Positions 37,051 through 47,110 of a stretch of DNA of 64,000 nt are shown here, piece after piece. The stretch is from positions 8,850 to 72,849 of the IMG/VR virus record IMGVR_UViG_3300019487_000023. One strand, written 5' to 3'. The notes beneath the pieces are model-generated. The model worked only from the letters and a program-made list of their open reading frames with translations, did not search any database and was not told the origin of the DNA. This DNA comes from a virus. Position 1 is the stretch's first letter. The number at the start of each line of letters is the position of its first letter. Position numbers and translations under genes: made by a program.

Positions 37051-40000
37051 GTGGCTGTATTAGGTCGCCTACTTGTAAGTTCAGCAGAACGTTTAGATTT
37101 ACCGGACCTCTTGAGCGTTGATTCGTACTCAGGCGGCGACTGGAAGTATTTCGTTCGCTCTCTCGTGGGCGGAGATACGCCTTATGTTCTAAAGGGCTTT
37201 GATGTCATCGATCCTCAAAATGCTATCGGTACGCAAAGCTGCTCTATCAGAGTTGCAGACTCTGTAGTCTACTATCCTGGTTCTAATTCTGGTTCTTTCT
37301 TCCATGGTCTTGAAGATGGCAACGCTAATGCACTCCCATTGGTTCCAGAATTGCGTAAGAACGCTGTTAACTACGTCTATTTGACCTTCAGTACCTTCAA
37401 TACCTCTATCGATACCAGAGCATTCTGGGATCCAGATAAAGACGGTGGCGTTGGTGGTGAGTTTACGCAGGATGTCAACACAGAGGCTGTTCTAAAGGTT
37501 GACGTTAACGTTTCAACCGGTTCATTCCCAGCTAATACAATCCCAGTAGCAAAGATCACTGTTGGTCCAGTTGTTATCACTGCAATTGAAGATGCTCGCG
37601 ACTTGATGTTCCGTCTTGGTACTGGCGGCATTAACCCAGATCCTTTCAGCCGTTACAATTTCCGTAGTTTGCCTTCTTCGCCTTATAAGCGCTCTGAACC
37701 ACCTACTACGATGACTTCGCCTTCGGATCCAAATCCGTTCCAAGGCGCCGATAAGAACATCCTCACCCTTAAGGAGTGGATGGACGTTGTTATGACTAAG
37801 CTCACTGAGCTTGGTGGTAGCGTCTTCTGGTACGAAGATGCTGCAACATACAACCTTGTTGCAAACTTTCAAGATGCTCTTGCAACCAGCTTCAAATCTA
37901 AGGGTCAATGGATCCACGACAGCTCTACTCCTGGTCTTGTAACCTGGACAGAAGATATCGTCGTTAAGACCACACAAGACACTCGCGACACATATATTCG
38001 CGCTGGTTCTAAAACACTTGTTGATGAGCAGGTGATGTATGTTCCTCTTGTTCGTCAACAGCCCCTAAACGGCTCTGATCAAGAAGTGATGTTCATTAAC
38101 AGCCAAAACTATCTCAATACCGTTGGTGGTAGCCTTGGATTGTTTACTAACCTTCGCAAAGGCGATTGGGTAAAGAAGATCACCGATCCAAACCACATGT
38201 ATTTGCAGGTTCAGGAGTTTTATGACACCATTAACCTTGGTGGCTCAGTAACTACTGCCGCCAATGCTCGCTCTGTTCGCTTGAGCGGTAACTACCTTGG
38301 ATCTACTGGCGTTGAAAAAGGTCGCTTCGATAGAGGTGAATACCTTGTCTCTGACGTTGTGGTTTCAAACCGCAATAACACTAATTTGAGTCTTGCTGGT
38401 GGTAACTTCCACTGGATGGCAATTCGCTCTGACACCATCGAAGATGTTGGTAGCGCACAGTCATACACTCTCTCTGGTACTCTAAGTGAGCCAGATGGAC
38501 AAACCGCTAAGGTCACTGTCACAGCGCACGGTCTCGTTGATGGCGATATCATCGCTGTTTCTGCTCCTGCTGCTCAAGCTGGTGCATACTCTGTTGAAGT
38601 AGAAGATGCAAACACCTTCTATATCCAGACCACAAACATGACCACTGGCGCCTTTGCGGCAACCTATGCTATCATTACTACTGCTGCTCGCAGCAACGGT
38701 TATGGTTTCCAACTTGAATCTGCTAACCACGGATTCGAAACTGGTGAAACCATCATCATCACTGGTACTACTAATTACAACGGTACGTGGGTAATTAAGA
38801 AGCGTGATGCAACTCATTTCCAGTTTGCATTAAACTCTGCTCCTGCAACTGAAACACCTGCAGCAGATACTGCATTTGCAACTCTTGCTCGTGTTAACGT
38901 TCGTGCAGAACAAGGCATCATTAAGCTTGTTCAGGGCGAAAGTGCTGACATTGGTGAACTTGAAACTCAAAACATCAAGTCGTTCATCGGCATGCAGTCA
39001 ATTGCAGAAACTTATCCGTTCTACTCTATTCCTGGAGGCTATAACGCTCTTCAAGGAATGCAGAATTACAATAGCCTTGCAACTGACAGCTTGACAACCC
39101 GTGCAAGCCGTCTATCTGCAATGATGGCCGACAAGGCACAAGACAAGACTATTAAGGCTCTTCCAAGCAATATTCACTTTGTTCTTAATACAACAAATGG
39201 TGCTGCTCAGGAGATAAGCTTCTTGCCTGCTGCGAGCACACTGACATTTGTGCAACCAGGTTCTCCAAACGGTAATGCTGTTGTTACGCTTCCAGATACT
39301 GCCCCTGGTATCAGTTTGGCTGTTAATCAGGTAGCATACATTCTTCTTGATAGAAATGCTGCTACAACCCCAAGTATCCTAGTCTCTGATCTTGCAACTG
39401 CACCAATTGGCGAAAACGTATTTGTTGTTGCAATGCGTCTTACAGACACAGAAATTTATCTTTGGGACGGCTCTCTGTGGAGAGCTGGAAAGAATGCAAC
39501 TCCAGCATTTAAGGCTCAACAAGACCTAGACATGACCTTAGTTGGTGGTGGCACATGGAGTTGGGACATAAACACCAATCTTCTCACATGGGATGCTGCT
39601 GCCTACATTCAAATGCAAGGTTTGCACCCTAACAGAAACTCGTTTGGTGCAAGCAACGTTTCATTGCTCAACGATGGCGATTGCGCATACGTCACTGTCA
39701 ACCGCGACGAAGCAATTATTGCTGGACTTACAGTAACGGCAACTCCACTTTACCTAGTTCCAGAAGACGTAAACACTAAAGTTATTGCTGTTAGATTTGA
39801 TAATGTCATCTACGTGGGCGACACCATGATGTTGATACATGGTGAAAGCAAGCAACTTTATGCTGGCGCTTCTGATCAGACACTTACCTTTATTGGTGCA
39901 ACCGACGAAGCAGATGACGCCCCAGCTTACACAGCGGTCTCTGCCGGCTCACTCAACCTTCCTGACTACAATGGAACTCCAGGAGAAAGCTTAACGGCTC

Positions 40001-40329
40001 GTCTGGCAAAAGTTACCGCAATGTTAGCGGATGCTCGTCAAGACTTCAATATCGCTCTAGATCCAGGCATAATCACTTGGGATGGTACTAACGTGACCAT
40101 TTCTTCTGCACAACTCTCTATCCCTGGCACCACCATCGGTGCAGCTCCTGTCTCGATCAACAACCTAGTATCGACGGCGGTGCCCGCTAATTCGTGTTTG
40201 TATGTAGATATCGACAGGGTTACAGGCGCTGCTTTGACATTGGCTGTAAGTACGTTGGCAGCATTAACCCCATCTCAACAGCGTCTAGTTGTAGCTAGAA
40301 ACGTCGCTGGATCGTTGTTGGTGAGATAA
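37051..40329 (+). CDS. Baseplate/tail-fibre attachment protein (1,092 aa)
   Basis: GTG start with AGGAG SD; beta-rich; ERLDLPDL N-terminus; position. Confidence 0.7.
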   Translation: MAVLGRLLVSSAERLDLPDLLSVDSYSGGDWKYFVRSLVGGDTPYVLKGFDVIDPQNAIGTQSCSIRVADSVVYYPGSNSGSFFHGLEDGNANALPLVPELRKNAVNYVYLTFSTFNTSIDTRAFWDPDKDGGVGGEFTQDVNTEAVLKVDVNVSTGSFPANTIPVAKITVGPVVITAIEDARDLMFRLGTGGINPDPFSRYNFRSLPSSPYKRSEPPTTMTSPSDPNPFQGADKNILTLKEWMDVVMTKLTELGGSVFWYEDAATYNLVANFQDALATSFKSKGQWIHDSSTPGLVTWTEDIVVKTTQDTRDTYIRAGSKTLVDEQVMYVPLVRQQPLNGSDQEVMFINSQNYLNTVGGSLGLFTNLRKGDWVKKITDPNHMYLQVQEFYDTINLGGSVTTAANARSVRLSGNYLGSTGVEKGRFDRGEYLVSDVVVSNRNNTNLSLAGGNFHWMAIRSDTIEDVGSAQSYTLSGTLSEPDGQTAKVTVTAHGLVDGDIIAVSAPAAQAGAYSVEVEDANTFYIQTTNMTTGAFAATYAIITTAARSNGYGFQLESANHGFETGETIIITGTTNYNGTWVIKKRDATHFQFALNSAPATETPAADTAFATLARVNVRAEQGIIKLVQGESADIGELETQNIKSFIGMQSIAETYPFYSIPGGYNALQGMQNYNSLATDSLTTRASRLSAMMADKAQDKTIKALPSNIHFVLNTTNGAAQEISFLPAASTLTFVQPGSPNGNAVVTLPDTAPGISLAVNQVAYILLDRNAATTPSILVSDLATAPIGENVFVVAMRLTDTEIYLWDGSLWRAGKNATPAFKAQQDLDMTLVGGGTWSWDINTNLLTWDAAAYIQMQGLHPNRNSFGASNVSLLNDGDCAYVTVNRDEAIIAGLTVTATPLYLVPEDVNTKVIAVRFDNVIYVGDTMMLIHGESKQLYAGASDQTLTFIGATDEADDAPAYTAVSAGSLNLPDYNGTPGESLTARLAKVTAMLADARQDFNIALDPGIITWDGTNVTISSAQLSIPGTTIGAAPVSINNLVSTAVPANSCLYVDIDRVTGAALTLAVSTLAALTPSQQRLVVARNVAGSLLVR

Positions 40330-40330
40330 T

Positions 40331-43072
40331 ATGTCGCAATATAAGTTAAAATCAGGTTCGATCTTAGTAAATCCAACCAACCTGCAACAGGGTTCGGTAC
40401 AGGATCAACTTGAAGACAGATCTTCGTACCTGCGCTCTGATGAGCCTATAACATGGACAGGTTCCGAACTTCAGTTCACTCAGGACATAGTTATTGAGAT
40501 CGTTCACTCTGCTAACGGCACAGTGACAGAGCATATTGTTCAGCTCGCTGACAGCCCAATTCAACTTGCAGATCTTGAAAGCGCTTGGGTCGAGATCGAT
40601 CGCTCAGCTGCTACTGAAAACTTAACGGTAAGCCTCTCTGGAACTCTTCCAGTTCCTGCTCACAGCGCTCAAGATAAAGACGTCATCATCCTCTTCAGGA
40701 GAGTTGACGCTGGTGGCGCTGGCTACCTACACATTCCTTTCCACAAACAAGTCCTCGAACCGGGTCAGACTGTTCGTCTTGGCGCTTCTGGTTCTGGATC
40801 TGGTGCTGGCGACGGTCTTGCTGGCGACTATAAAAGACGTCTCGTCCTTTCTCCGTTCGATTATGTGACCCCGAACATCTTCGAGACCGACAAGGTCACG
40901 AAGATCGCTTCAGGAACCGGCGAATACGATCCCGCGAAGAAGGCCTTCCTGATGAACATCGGTCAGAACATGGTCTCGACCCAGAATCTCGACCCCGAGT
41001 TTCTGGCGACCGGAACTGACGTCGCGACCCTCGAGCTGTACCTCAACTGGCTCGAAGGCTTCGTCGACTTGGCTGCAACCTATGAAGTTTCCCGCGATGG
41101 TGGCGTGAATTGGCAACCGATCACGATGTCCCGCGTCGGTCTCTCTGAGACCTTCCGTGGATACCTCAACGTGGTCACCGAAGGCGCCAACAACGACCTC
41201 GAGGGTTATTCCGTAGCCAACGCCGACACCAACCTCGCTTTGAACGCGACGACTACCCAGCAACGCGCTGGATCGTTCGTGGCGACCAACTCTGAGATCG
41301 CCAAGACCGTTGAAGTGTACCTCAACAAGACGGGCTCCCCGACCGGTAACTACAAAGTTCAGGTCGTCAAGGACTCGGCTGGTTCTCCTTCTACCTCCGT
41401 CCTCGACGTGATCTCCGAGAGCGACCTTCTCCCGATTGCCAGCCTAAGCGCTGGTAACAACACGGTTATCGTCGACATCTCTGACATCGGCCTCGTCGCT
41501 GGAACGTACTGGATCGTCTTCGTGACGGACGCGACCTACAAGGGTGTATTCTCGGCTGGCGTGACCCAATTGGCGGTCAGAGCTGATACCTCCGCTCCTA
41601 CGGGTGGAGCTTCCGCTCAGTATAACGGCACGGCTTGGTCTGCTACGGCATCGACCTCGACTTGCTTCCAGTTCAAGGGACGTGTTCTCGACGTTCGCGT
41701 GAGAGTGACCGCTGGCACTAACGGAGTCTACCTCCGCGGATATGGCTTGTACTACGGCGTCGTTCAAGGTGTCACCACCCAGAACGTTCGCAAGTACCAC
41801 AAGACTTCCTTCGCTGGCGTTGCCGGCGTCGTGACCGTCAACTTACCTTTTATTCCCGATCCCTACCTCCTCACCGTGTACGACGTGTACCGAGGCCAAG
41901 TCTACGTGGCTGACTCCGAGATCTTCCGCATCGATGGTTCTTCGGTCACTTTCATCAGTGACTTGTTCAACTTCATCGGTGAGACCGTAGTTCTCGTATT
42001 CCGTCAGAACGACGTTCCGGCAGCTCAGGACACCAGCGATTCCAATGCTACGCTGATCCAAGCGAATACAAACCGCATCGACGACAATGATTTGCTGGAA
42101 ACAAACTACGCAACCAACGCGCAGTTTCGGGGTTTTCAGCGCCAAGTTCCTGCCACTTTGACCACAAAATCTGATGCTGCGTACGGCCCAGACCGTTGGA
42201 AATTGTTGACGTCTCACACTACTAACGTTCAAAGCGCGCGTGTAGTTGATTCTCCATCCAACTCTCCTTCTAAAAATGCAGTCCAAGTCAGACAAGCAGA
42301 CGCCACTGCAAGACAGTTTGGCATGGTCCAATACTTAGATTCTGATCGCGTTTGGGAACTTCGCGGAAGACGAGTAACGTATGGTTTTTGGGTCAAAGCG
42401 ACCGCAGCGAACATCCCAAATATTCGCGCGTCCATAGTCGAATGGAACGGTACAGAAAACAGCCTAACCTCAGATCCAGTAGCGACGTGGGCAGCCACTC
42501 CTACTCTCGCGGCCAACTTCTCGCACGCATCTTCTGTATCAGACTTGGCCATGACTGGTAACTGGGTCTACTTTGAAGTCTCGACGACGTTGTCGGGTTC
42601 ATTTAATAACTTGGCTCTGATGATTTGGACTCCTGCGACTGCCGCTCAGAACTCTGATCTTTATGTGACTCAGGTTCAGTTAGTTTCTGGCTCAAAGGCT
42701 AGACAATTTACTCGCATTGCACTTAAACCCGCAGAAGACATAACTGAGATGGAGCGCTTCTATCAAAAAAGCTATAATTTCGACACAGCTCCTGGAGCAG
42801 TTGGCGTACAAAATGGTGCGATTCAGGTCGAAGAGAAAGGGGCCGCTGGTACCTCAGGGCTCCAAATTCATTTTAGATCTCGACTATTTAAAGATCCCGC
42901 TGTCGTTGGGTATTCGGATGTAACGGGCGCGTCTGGTGTGTTTAATAGAGCCACGATCGATACGGCTATTGGGTCGATTCAAAACACTGGTCAAAATGGA
43001 TTTATCATTACTGGCGGTGCGGGGGCAAGTACGTTCTCACGCGTGCATTATACGGCTGAAGCAGAACTTTAA
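40331..43072 (+). CDS. Tail fibre protein (913 aa), internally mosaic
   Basis: Beta-rich; C-terminal MERFYQKSY...HYTAEAEL receptor-binding-type module; compositional shift near 40,850. Confidence 0.75.
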   Translation: MSQYKLKSGSILVNPTNLQQGSVQDQLEDRSSYLRSDEPITWTGSELQFTQDIVIEIVHSANGTVTEHIVQLADSPIQLADLESAWVEIDRSAATENLTVSLSGTLPVPAHSAQDKDVIILFRRVDAGGAGYLHIPFHKQVLEPGQTVRLGASGSGSGAGDGLAGDYKRRLVLSPFDYVTPNIFETDKVTKIASGTGEYDPAKKAFLMNIGQNMVSTQNLDPEFLATGTDVATLELYLNWLEGFVDLAATYEVSRDGGVNWQPITMSRVGLSETFRGYLNVVTEGANNDLEGYSVANADTNLALNATTTQQRAGSFVATNSEIAKTVEVYLNKTGSPTGNYKVQVVKDSAGSPSTSVLDVISESDLLPIASLSAGNNTVIVDISDIGLVAGTYWIVFVTDATYKGVFSAGVTQLAVRADTSAPTGGASAQYNGTAWSATASTSTCFQFKGRVLDVRVRVTAGTNGVYLRGYGLYYGVVQGVTTQNVRKYHKTSFAGVAGVVTVNLPFIPDPYLLTVYDVYRGQVYVADSEIFRIDGSSVTFISDLFNFIGETVVLVFRQNDVPAAQDTSDSNATLIQANTNRIDDNDLLETNYATNAQFRGFQRQVPATLTTKSDAAYGPDRWKLLTSHTTNVQSARVVDSPSNSPSKNAVQVRQADATARQFGMVQYLDSDRVWELRGRRVTYGFWVKATAANIPNIRASIVEWNGTENSLTSDPVATWAATPTLAANFSHASSVSDLAMTGNWVYFEVSTTLSGSFNNLALMIWTPATAAQNSDLYVTQVQLVSGSKARQFTRIALKPAEDITEMERFYQKSYNFDTAPGAVGVQNGAIQVEEKGAAGTSGLQIHFRSRLFKDPAVVGYSDVTGASGVFNRATIDTAIGSIQNTGQNGFIITGGAGASTFSRVHYTAEAEL

Positions 43073-43096
43073 GCCCAGATCGGATAAAATAGAGTT

Positions 43097-43837
43097 ATGG
43101 GACAAAAGCTTTACACAGATAGGATTGGCGCACTGAGCTTCAGCACTCCAAACGTGCTGCTGGCTGCGTCTATTCTGACTATCGGAGGTCAGCAATACGT
43201 GACTTCCGCGTTGTCGGTATCCGTACCGGTCATGACCGCCAACACGCTCTACATGGTCTACGCCGTACAAACCGCCGGCGTCGTGTCCTTGGTCATTTCT
43301 GTCAACGTCAACTCTGTGGGACCTACGGGATACTCCTCGTGGAAGCTGGTGGGCGCGTTTTATACGGATGGCACTGTATCGCCCACGTTGGGTACTTTCG
43401 TAACGATCGATGGAGTTCCTACCGCTCAAACTCCAGTCACTGTAACTTTGACCGTTTCGAATATCCCGCTCACTTCCCAATCCTTCAAGATGCGTCGGGT
43501 TGGAGACAAGGCTTGGATCGAAGGGTATTGCGTAGCTTCAGGTGCTGCCACGGGTAACATTCAATTCGCGCTCCCGTTCGTTCCAGATACCTCTAAACTA
43601 GCCCGCTCGGATTTTCCTACCTTAGGCACCGCCAAGGGTAATGATGGCACCGGCGACCACACTGGTGTCGTATTCAACTTTGGTGGAACTGGAACGTGCG
43701 GAATGTCAGGTGATGATGGCGCATCGAACTGGAACCCGACAGTGCCATTCACTTGGGCCAATACCAGAATCCTTGAGATCTTTCTTCCAGGTGTTCCTAA
43801 TTCTGCGTGGACCAACACTCCACTGAAGGACCTGTAA
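43097..43837 (+). CDS. Fibre/receptor-binding protein (246 aa), paralog of 47111-47845
   Basis: Shared TANTLY, LVGAF, GDDGA..W..TVP and terminal TPLKDL. Confidence 0.7.
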   Translation: MGQKLYTDRIGALSFSTPNVLLAASILTIGGQQYVTSALSVSVPVMTANTLYMVYAVQTAGVVSLVISVNVNSVGPTGYSSWKLVGAFYTDGTVSPTLGTFVTIDGVPTAQTPVTVTLTVSNIPLTSQSFKMRRVGDKAWIEGYCVASGAATGNIQFALPFVPDTSKLARSDFPTLGTAKGNDGTGDHTGVVFNFGGTGTCGMSGDDGASNWNPTVPFTWANTRILEIFLPGVPNSAWTNTPLKDL

Positions 43838-43838
43838 T

Positions 43839-45137
43839 ATGTCAGGCATAACTGGAAAAGATTCCCTCTCTTATAAGAAACAAGACGTAGCCCAGTCCCG
43901 CGTTCCGGCACTCGGCTTCAAGAAGACCGTGTTCGCCCACAAGGCGACCGCAGGTCAGACCGTCATTTCTCTTTCCTCGCTCACGACTCCCACGGAGATG
44001 ACCGCCAACGGGTTTCAACAAGCCTCACTAGCTGAACTCACCTCGGTCAACATCCGTCAGTTCAAGGAGAACTTCACTTTAAGCTCTTCACTCCGCGGCA
44101 TCCTTCAGCCCTTCTTGGGATACGTGGTGACCGGCGGAACCTCGATCAAACTCTTGTTCTCAGCCGAAGACGGCGAGATCTTCACGGGTGTATTCGACGC
44201 CAACCCCCGCACCTTCACCAGCGCCGCCGATGCCATTCCGATTTCCGTATCCGGAACCTTGCTCGCTGGCCAAACTGACTTCAACGTCGGCACGGCCTTC
44301 AACGTAGGCCTTTTCCCTGGCTCTCAGCACGGCGCGATCCTAGTGTTCGCCAACGACCGCTTGGTCTACCGCAACGCTTCGTCCCCGACCGGTCCTGGAA
44401 CGGACGGTGACTACTACGAAGTCCCAGCTGGAAACGGTCTCGGCGTCATGATCCGTTTCAACGTCGCCGATCCGGTCTACGACCGTTCCATTTCGGTCGT
44501 CTCGATCGGTTCCTTGATTCAAGCTCCGAGTGGTTCTGAAGTGGCCCTCATCGAGGCTCTGCAAGGTCAAGTCGATTCGATCATTCCTACGCTCGCCGCT
44601 CTCGCTGGCGTTCCAGAGTCCACCTTCCAAGGCGCGCCCAACAACGTCAATCTCAAGGCTTTCGGTGACACGGTTCTAAGCAACACGACTCGGATCACGG
44701 CGCTTGAGAATCCAACGCAAAGCGAAGTCTGGGTATACGTCGGCAACGGGTACGGCTCGACCAACACTGTAATCCGTAGATTCACCACGGTTGGGAAGAA
44801 CGTTGGGGCTGGGATCAACTACGTCGATTCAGCTACTCTAGGCGCTTCCTTTACGATCGTCGAAGCTGGAATTTACGCCATCGAGTACTCTGACGAATTT
44901 AACGCTGGATCTAACTTTGGCATCAGTTGCAACTCTAACCAGCTCACGACTCAGATCGCCACTATCACGGCCGCTCATCGACTGGTCGCCTCGAACACCC
45001 TGAACGCCAATGAGGGCAAGACGGTGACGGTAACCTTGCGACTGGAAATTGGCGACGTCATTCGTCCTCACGCCCAAGGAACTGCTGGCGGAGCTGCGAC
45101 GTGGATCGACAGCTTCAGAATCACGAAGGTGAGATAA
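43839..45137 (+). CDS. Tail fibre-associated protein (432 aa)
   Basis: C-terminal GASFTIVEAGIYAIEY...LEIGDVIRPH jelly-roll (C1q-like) pattern. Confidence 0.65.
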   Translation: MSGITGKDSLSYKKQDVAQSRVPALGFKKTVFAHKATAGQTVISLSSLTTPTEMTANGFQQASLAELTSVNIRQFKENFTLSSSLRGILQPFLGYVVTGGTSIKLLFSAEDGEIFTGVFDANPRTFTSAADAIPISVSGTLLAGQTDFNVGTAFNVGLFPGSQHGAILVFANDRLVYRNASSPTGPGTDGDYYEVPAGNGLGVMIRFNVADPVYDRSISVVSIGSLIQAPSGSEVALIEALQGQVDSIIPTLAALAGVPESTFQGAPNNVNLKAFGDTVLSNTTRITALENPTQSEVWVYVGNGYGSTNTVIRRFTTVGKNVGAGINYVDSATLGASFTIVEAGIYAIEYSDEFNAGSNFGISCNSNQLTTQIATITAAHRLVASNTLNANEGKTVTVTLRLEIGDVIRPHAQGTAGGAATWIDSFRITKVR

Positions 45138-45140
45138 TTT

Positions 45141-45605
45141 ATGGCAAAAGCCCGCAGACAATCGAACAACACTATCACCGGCATTCAAACCGACATTTCC
45201 GCATGTGTGGAAGGGATCGGCCCGCTAGGCTCTGATGGAATCGAGTCAGATCTTACGACTGGCACGGAAGTCATTGACACCGCCGGGGCTATGAGCTCCT
45301 CGCTAGTTTTCACTTGTCCTCCGGGGCAAGGCGGCAGGTATTTTGTGGCCGGCGTCATCGAGTTTAACGGATCATTTTCCGGCGACGAATCTTGTTTCAT
45401 CCGCATCAAAAAGAACGGGGTGACAAAAACTACAGGATGGGGCGGTTCTGCTACGGCCAACGTCGAAATCGGAGCTCAGGTCATGACGCTATTAGATTTG
45501 GTCCCAGGTGACACGGTGACCTTTTCTAAGCGTTGGAACGGTATCTCTAGCGCTAGCATCAATGGTTCGGTCAGCATCTTCAAGCTAACCGGGACGGCGG
45601 CGTAA
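45141..45605 (+). CDS. Small C1q-like fibre protein (154 aa)
   Basis: FTCPPGQGGRYFV...LLDLVPGDTVTF pattern. Confidence 0.6.
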   Translation: MAKARRQSNNTITGIQTDISACVEGIGPLGSDGIESDLTTGTEVIDTAGAMSSSLVFTCPPGQGGRYFVAGVIEFNGSFSGDESCFIRIKKNGVTKTTGWGGSATANVEIGAQVMTLLDLVPGDTVTFSKRWNGISSASINGSVSIFKLTGTAA

Positions 45606-45617
45606 AGGAAATAAATC

Positions 45618-46715
45618 ATGGGATCTCAACTGCTTACTCCAAGAATCAATCGGCTCGAACCCAACGTCCTCATTAACGGGGCGATGGAGCTTCGTCAGCG
45701 TGTCGCAGCTACGGGTGGACTTTCCAACGCTTACGCCATGGATCGTTTCTACGTCAACAACTTGAACACCTCCATGACGACCCTGGTCGATCAATCGGCC
45801 ACCGTACCATCAATCGGAGCTCTGGCCTCGTCCCAGCGCGTCTATAACACCACTACGGGATCGCTCGTGGCTGGCACTCAGTGCGACGTGAGGTACCGGG
45901 TCGAAGGCTACGACATTCTGCCCTTGGTCACCTCCGAATGGACTCTGATCTTCTGGGCGCGTTCTTCGGTGGCAGGCACATATTCCGTCGCCGTCAAGAA
46001 CGGAGCCACGACTCATTCTTACGTTCGTCAGTACACCATCTCCACGATCAATACGTGGGAGCTGAAGTGCATCAAGTTCCCGGCGCTCTCGACTTGCCCA
46101 GGCGCGCTACTCCGCACCAACGGCATCGGTCTTGAGATCAAGTGGTCCATCGTGACTGGTACGACTTTCCAGACTGGCTCCTTGAATCAATGGGCCGCGG
46201 GCAACTTCGAAGCGGGTGCAGGCCAAGTCAGCAGCTGGCTCACTTCCGGCAACGAATTCTTAATGACCGGAATCATGGCTCTCCCAGGCGACTGGGAAGC
46301 TCTCACCTCGGCTGGGTACCAGTTCGTGAGATGCGGCCGTAACTTTCAAGAAGAGCTCGCCAAGGCTCAGCGGTACTACGAGAAGTCGTACGACCAAGCC
46401 CAAGTGCCCGGAACGGGCGCCGGTAACTTCAACGGATCGTGGTGCGGTTCAACTCCTTCCGTCACGGGCGGCGGTGACCGTCTGACTGGACCTCACTTCG
46501 CGGTCCTCAAGCGCGCTACTCCTTCAGTAGTGATCTACAACCCGAACACGGCCGGTACCTCGGCTGTCTACGAGGTGAACACGGGCGCCAACAAGGCGAC
46601 GACCGGATTCGTCGGGACAGGCGAGCACGGTGTTGGTCAGATCGGCGCCACGGGTAACTCCCTGATCGTCAACAACACGTACCTAATGCACTGGACTGCG
46701 GACGCGGAGCTGTAA
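45618..46715 (+). CDS. Tail fibre protein (365 aa), homologous to the C-terminal third of 40331-43072
   Basis: NVLINGAMELRQR...MDRF; ELAKAQRYYEKSYD...PG; terminal HWTADAEL. Confidence 0.75.
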   Translation: MGSQLLTPRINRLEPNVLINGAMELRQRVAATGGLSNAYAMDRFYVNNLNTSMTTLVDQSATVPSIGALASSQRVYNTTTGSLVAGTQCDVRYRVEGYDILPLVTSEWTLIFWARSSVAGTYSVAVKNGATTHSYVRQYTISTINTWELKCIKFPALSTCPGALLRTNGIGLEIKWSIVTGTTFQTGSLNQWAAGNFEAGAGQVSSWLTSGNEFLMTGIMALPGDWEALTSAGYQFVRCGRNFQEELAKAQRYYEKSYDQAQVPGTGAGNFNGSWCGSTPSVTGGGDRLTGPHFAVLKRATPSVVIYNPNTAGTSAVYEVNTGANKATTGFVGTGEHGVGQIGATGNSLIVNNTYLMHWTADAEL

Positions 46716-46716
46716 G

Positions 46717-47070
46717 ATGAGAACGTGGGTGATCGCAGACATTCAGAGCCTAGAGATCCTGACGACGTATCGTTCAGATTTTTCTCAGCAATCGACCTAC
46801 GGTGGTCCTTGGGGTGACACCTCCAAGACCGTCCACTTGCCCGTTCCTCAGGACCTAGAGAACAAGAAGATTCAAGTCTTGGCTCTGGAGTCGACTGAGC
46901 TCCAGGACGAAGAAGGCGACACCATCGTGGACCTTTCGCCTGGTCCCACTCAGGTAGCTCACGACTCGCAAGGCCGGATCATTCTCAACGAACTGGGCAA
47001 GCCAACGCTCGTCTCGTCCTGGGAGTGGCGTCCTCGAATGGGAGCGGCCCTCAAGGTCGTCCTGAAATAA
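46717..47070 (+). CDS. Possible tail fibre assembly protein (117 aa)
   Basis: Small acidic ORF directly after a fibre gene; function from position. Confidence 0.5.
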   Translation: MRTWVIADIQSLEILTTYRSDFSQQSTYGGPWGDTSKTVHLPVPQDLENKKIQVLALESTELQDEEGDTIVDLSPGPTQVAHDSQGRIILNELGKPTLVSSWEWRPRMGAALKVVLK

Positions 47071-47110
47071 AGTTAAGTTGTCCTAGGTATAATTAGGATG
47101 GAGATTCAAG

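Noticed and set aside
11352-46342. Many short antisense or off-frame ORFs inside structural genes
   Set aside because: Fully nested, with no SD or promoter support and no recognisable motifs.
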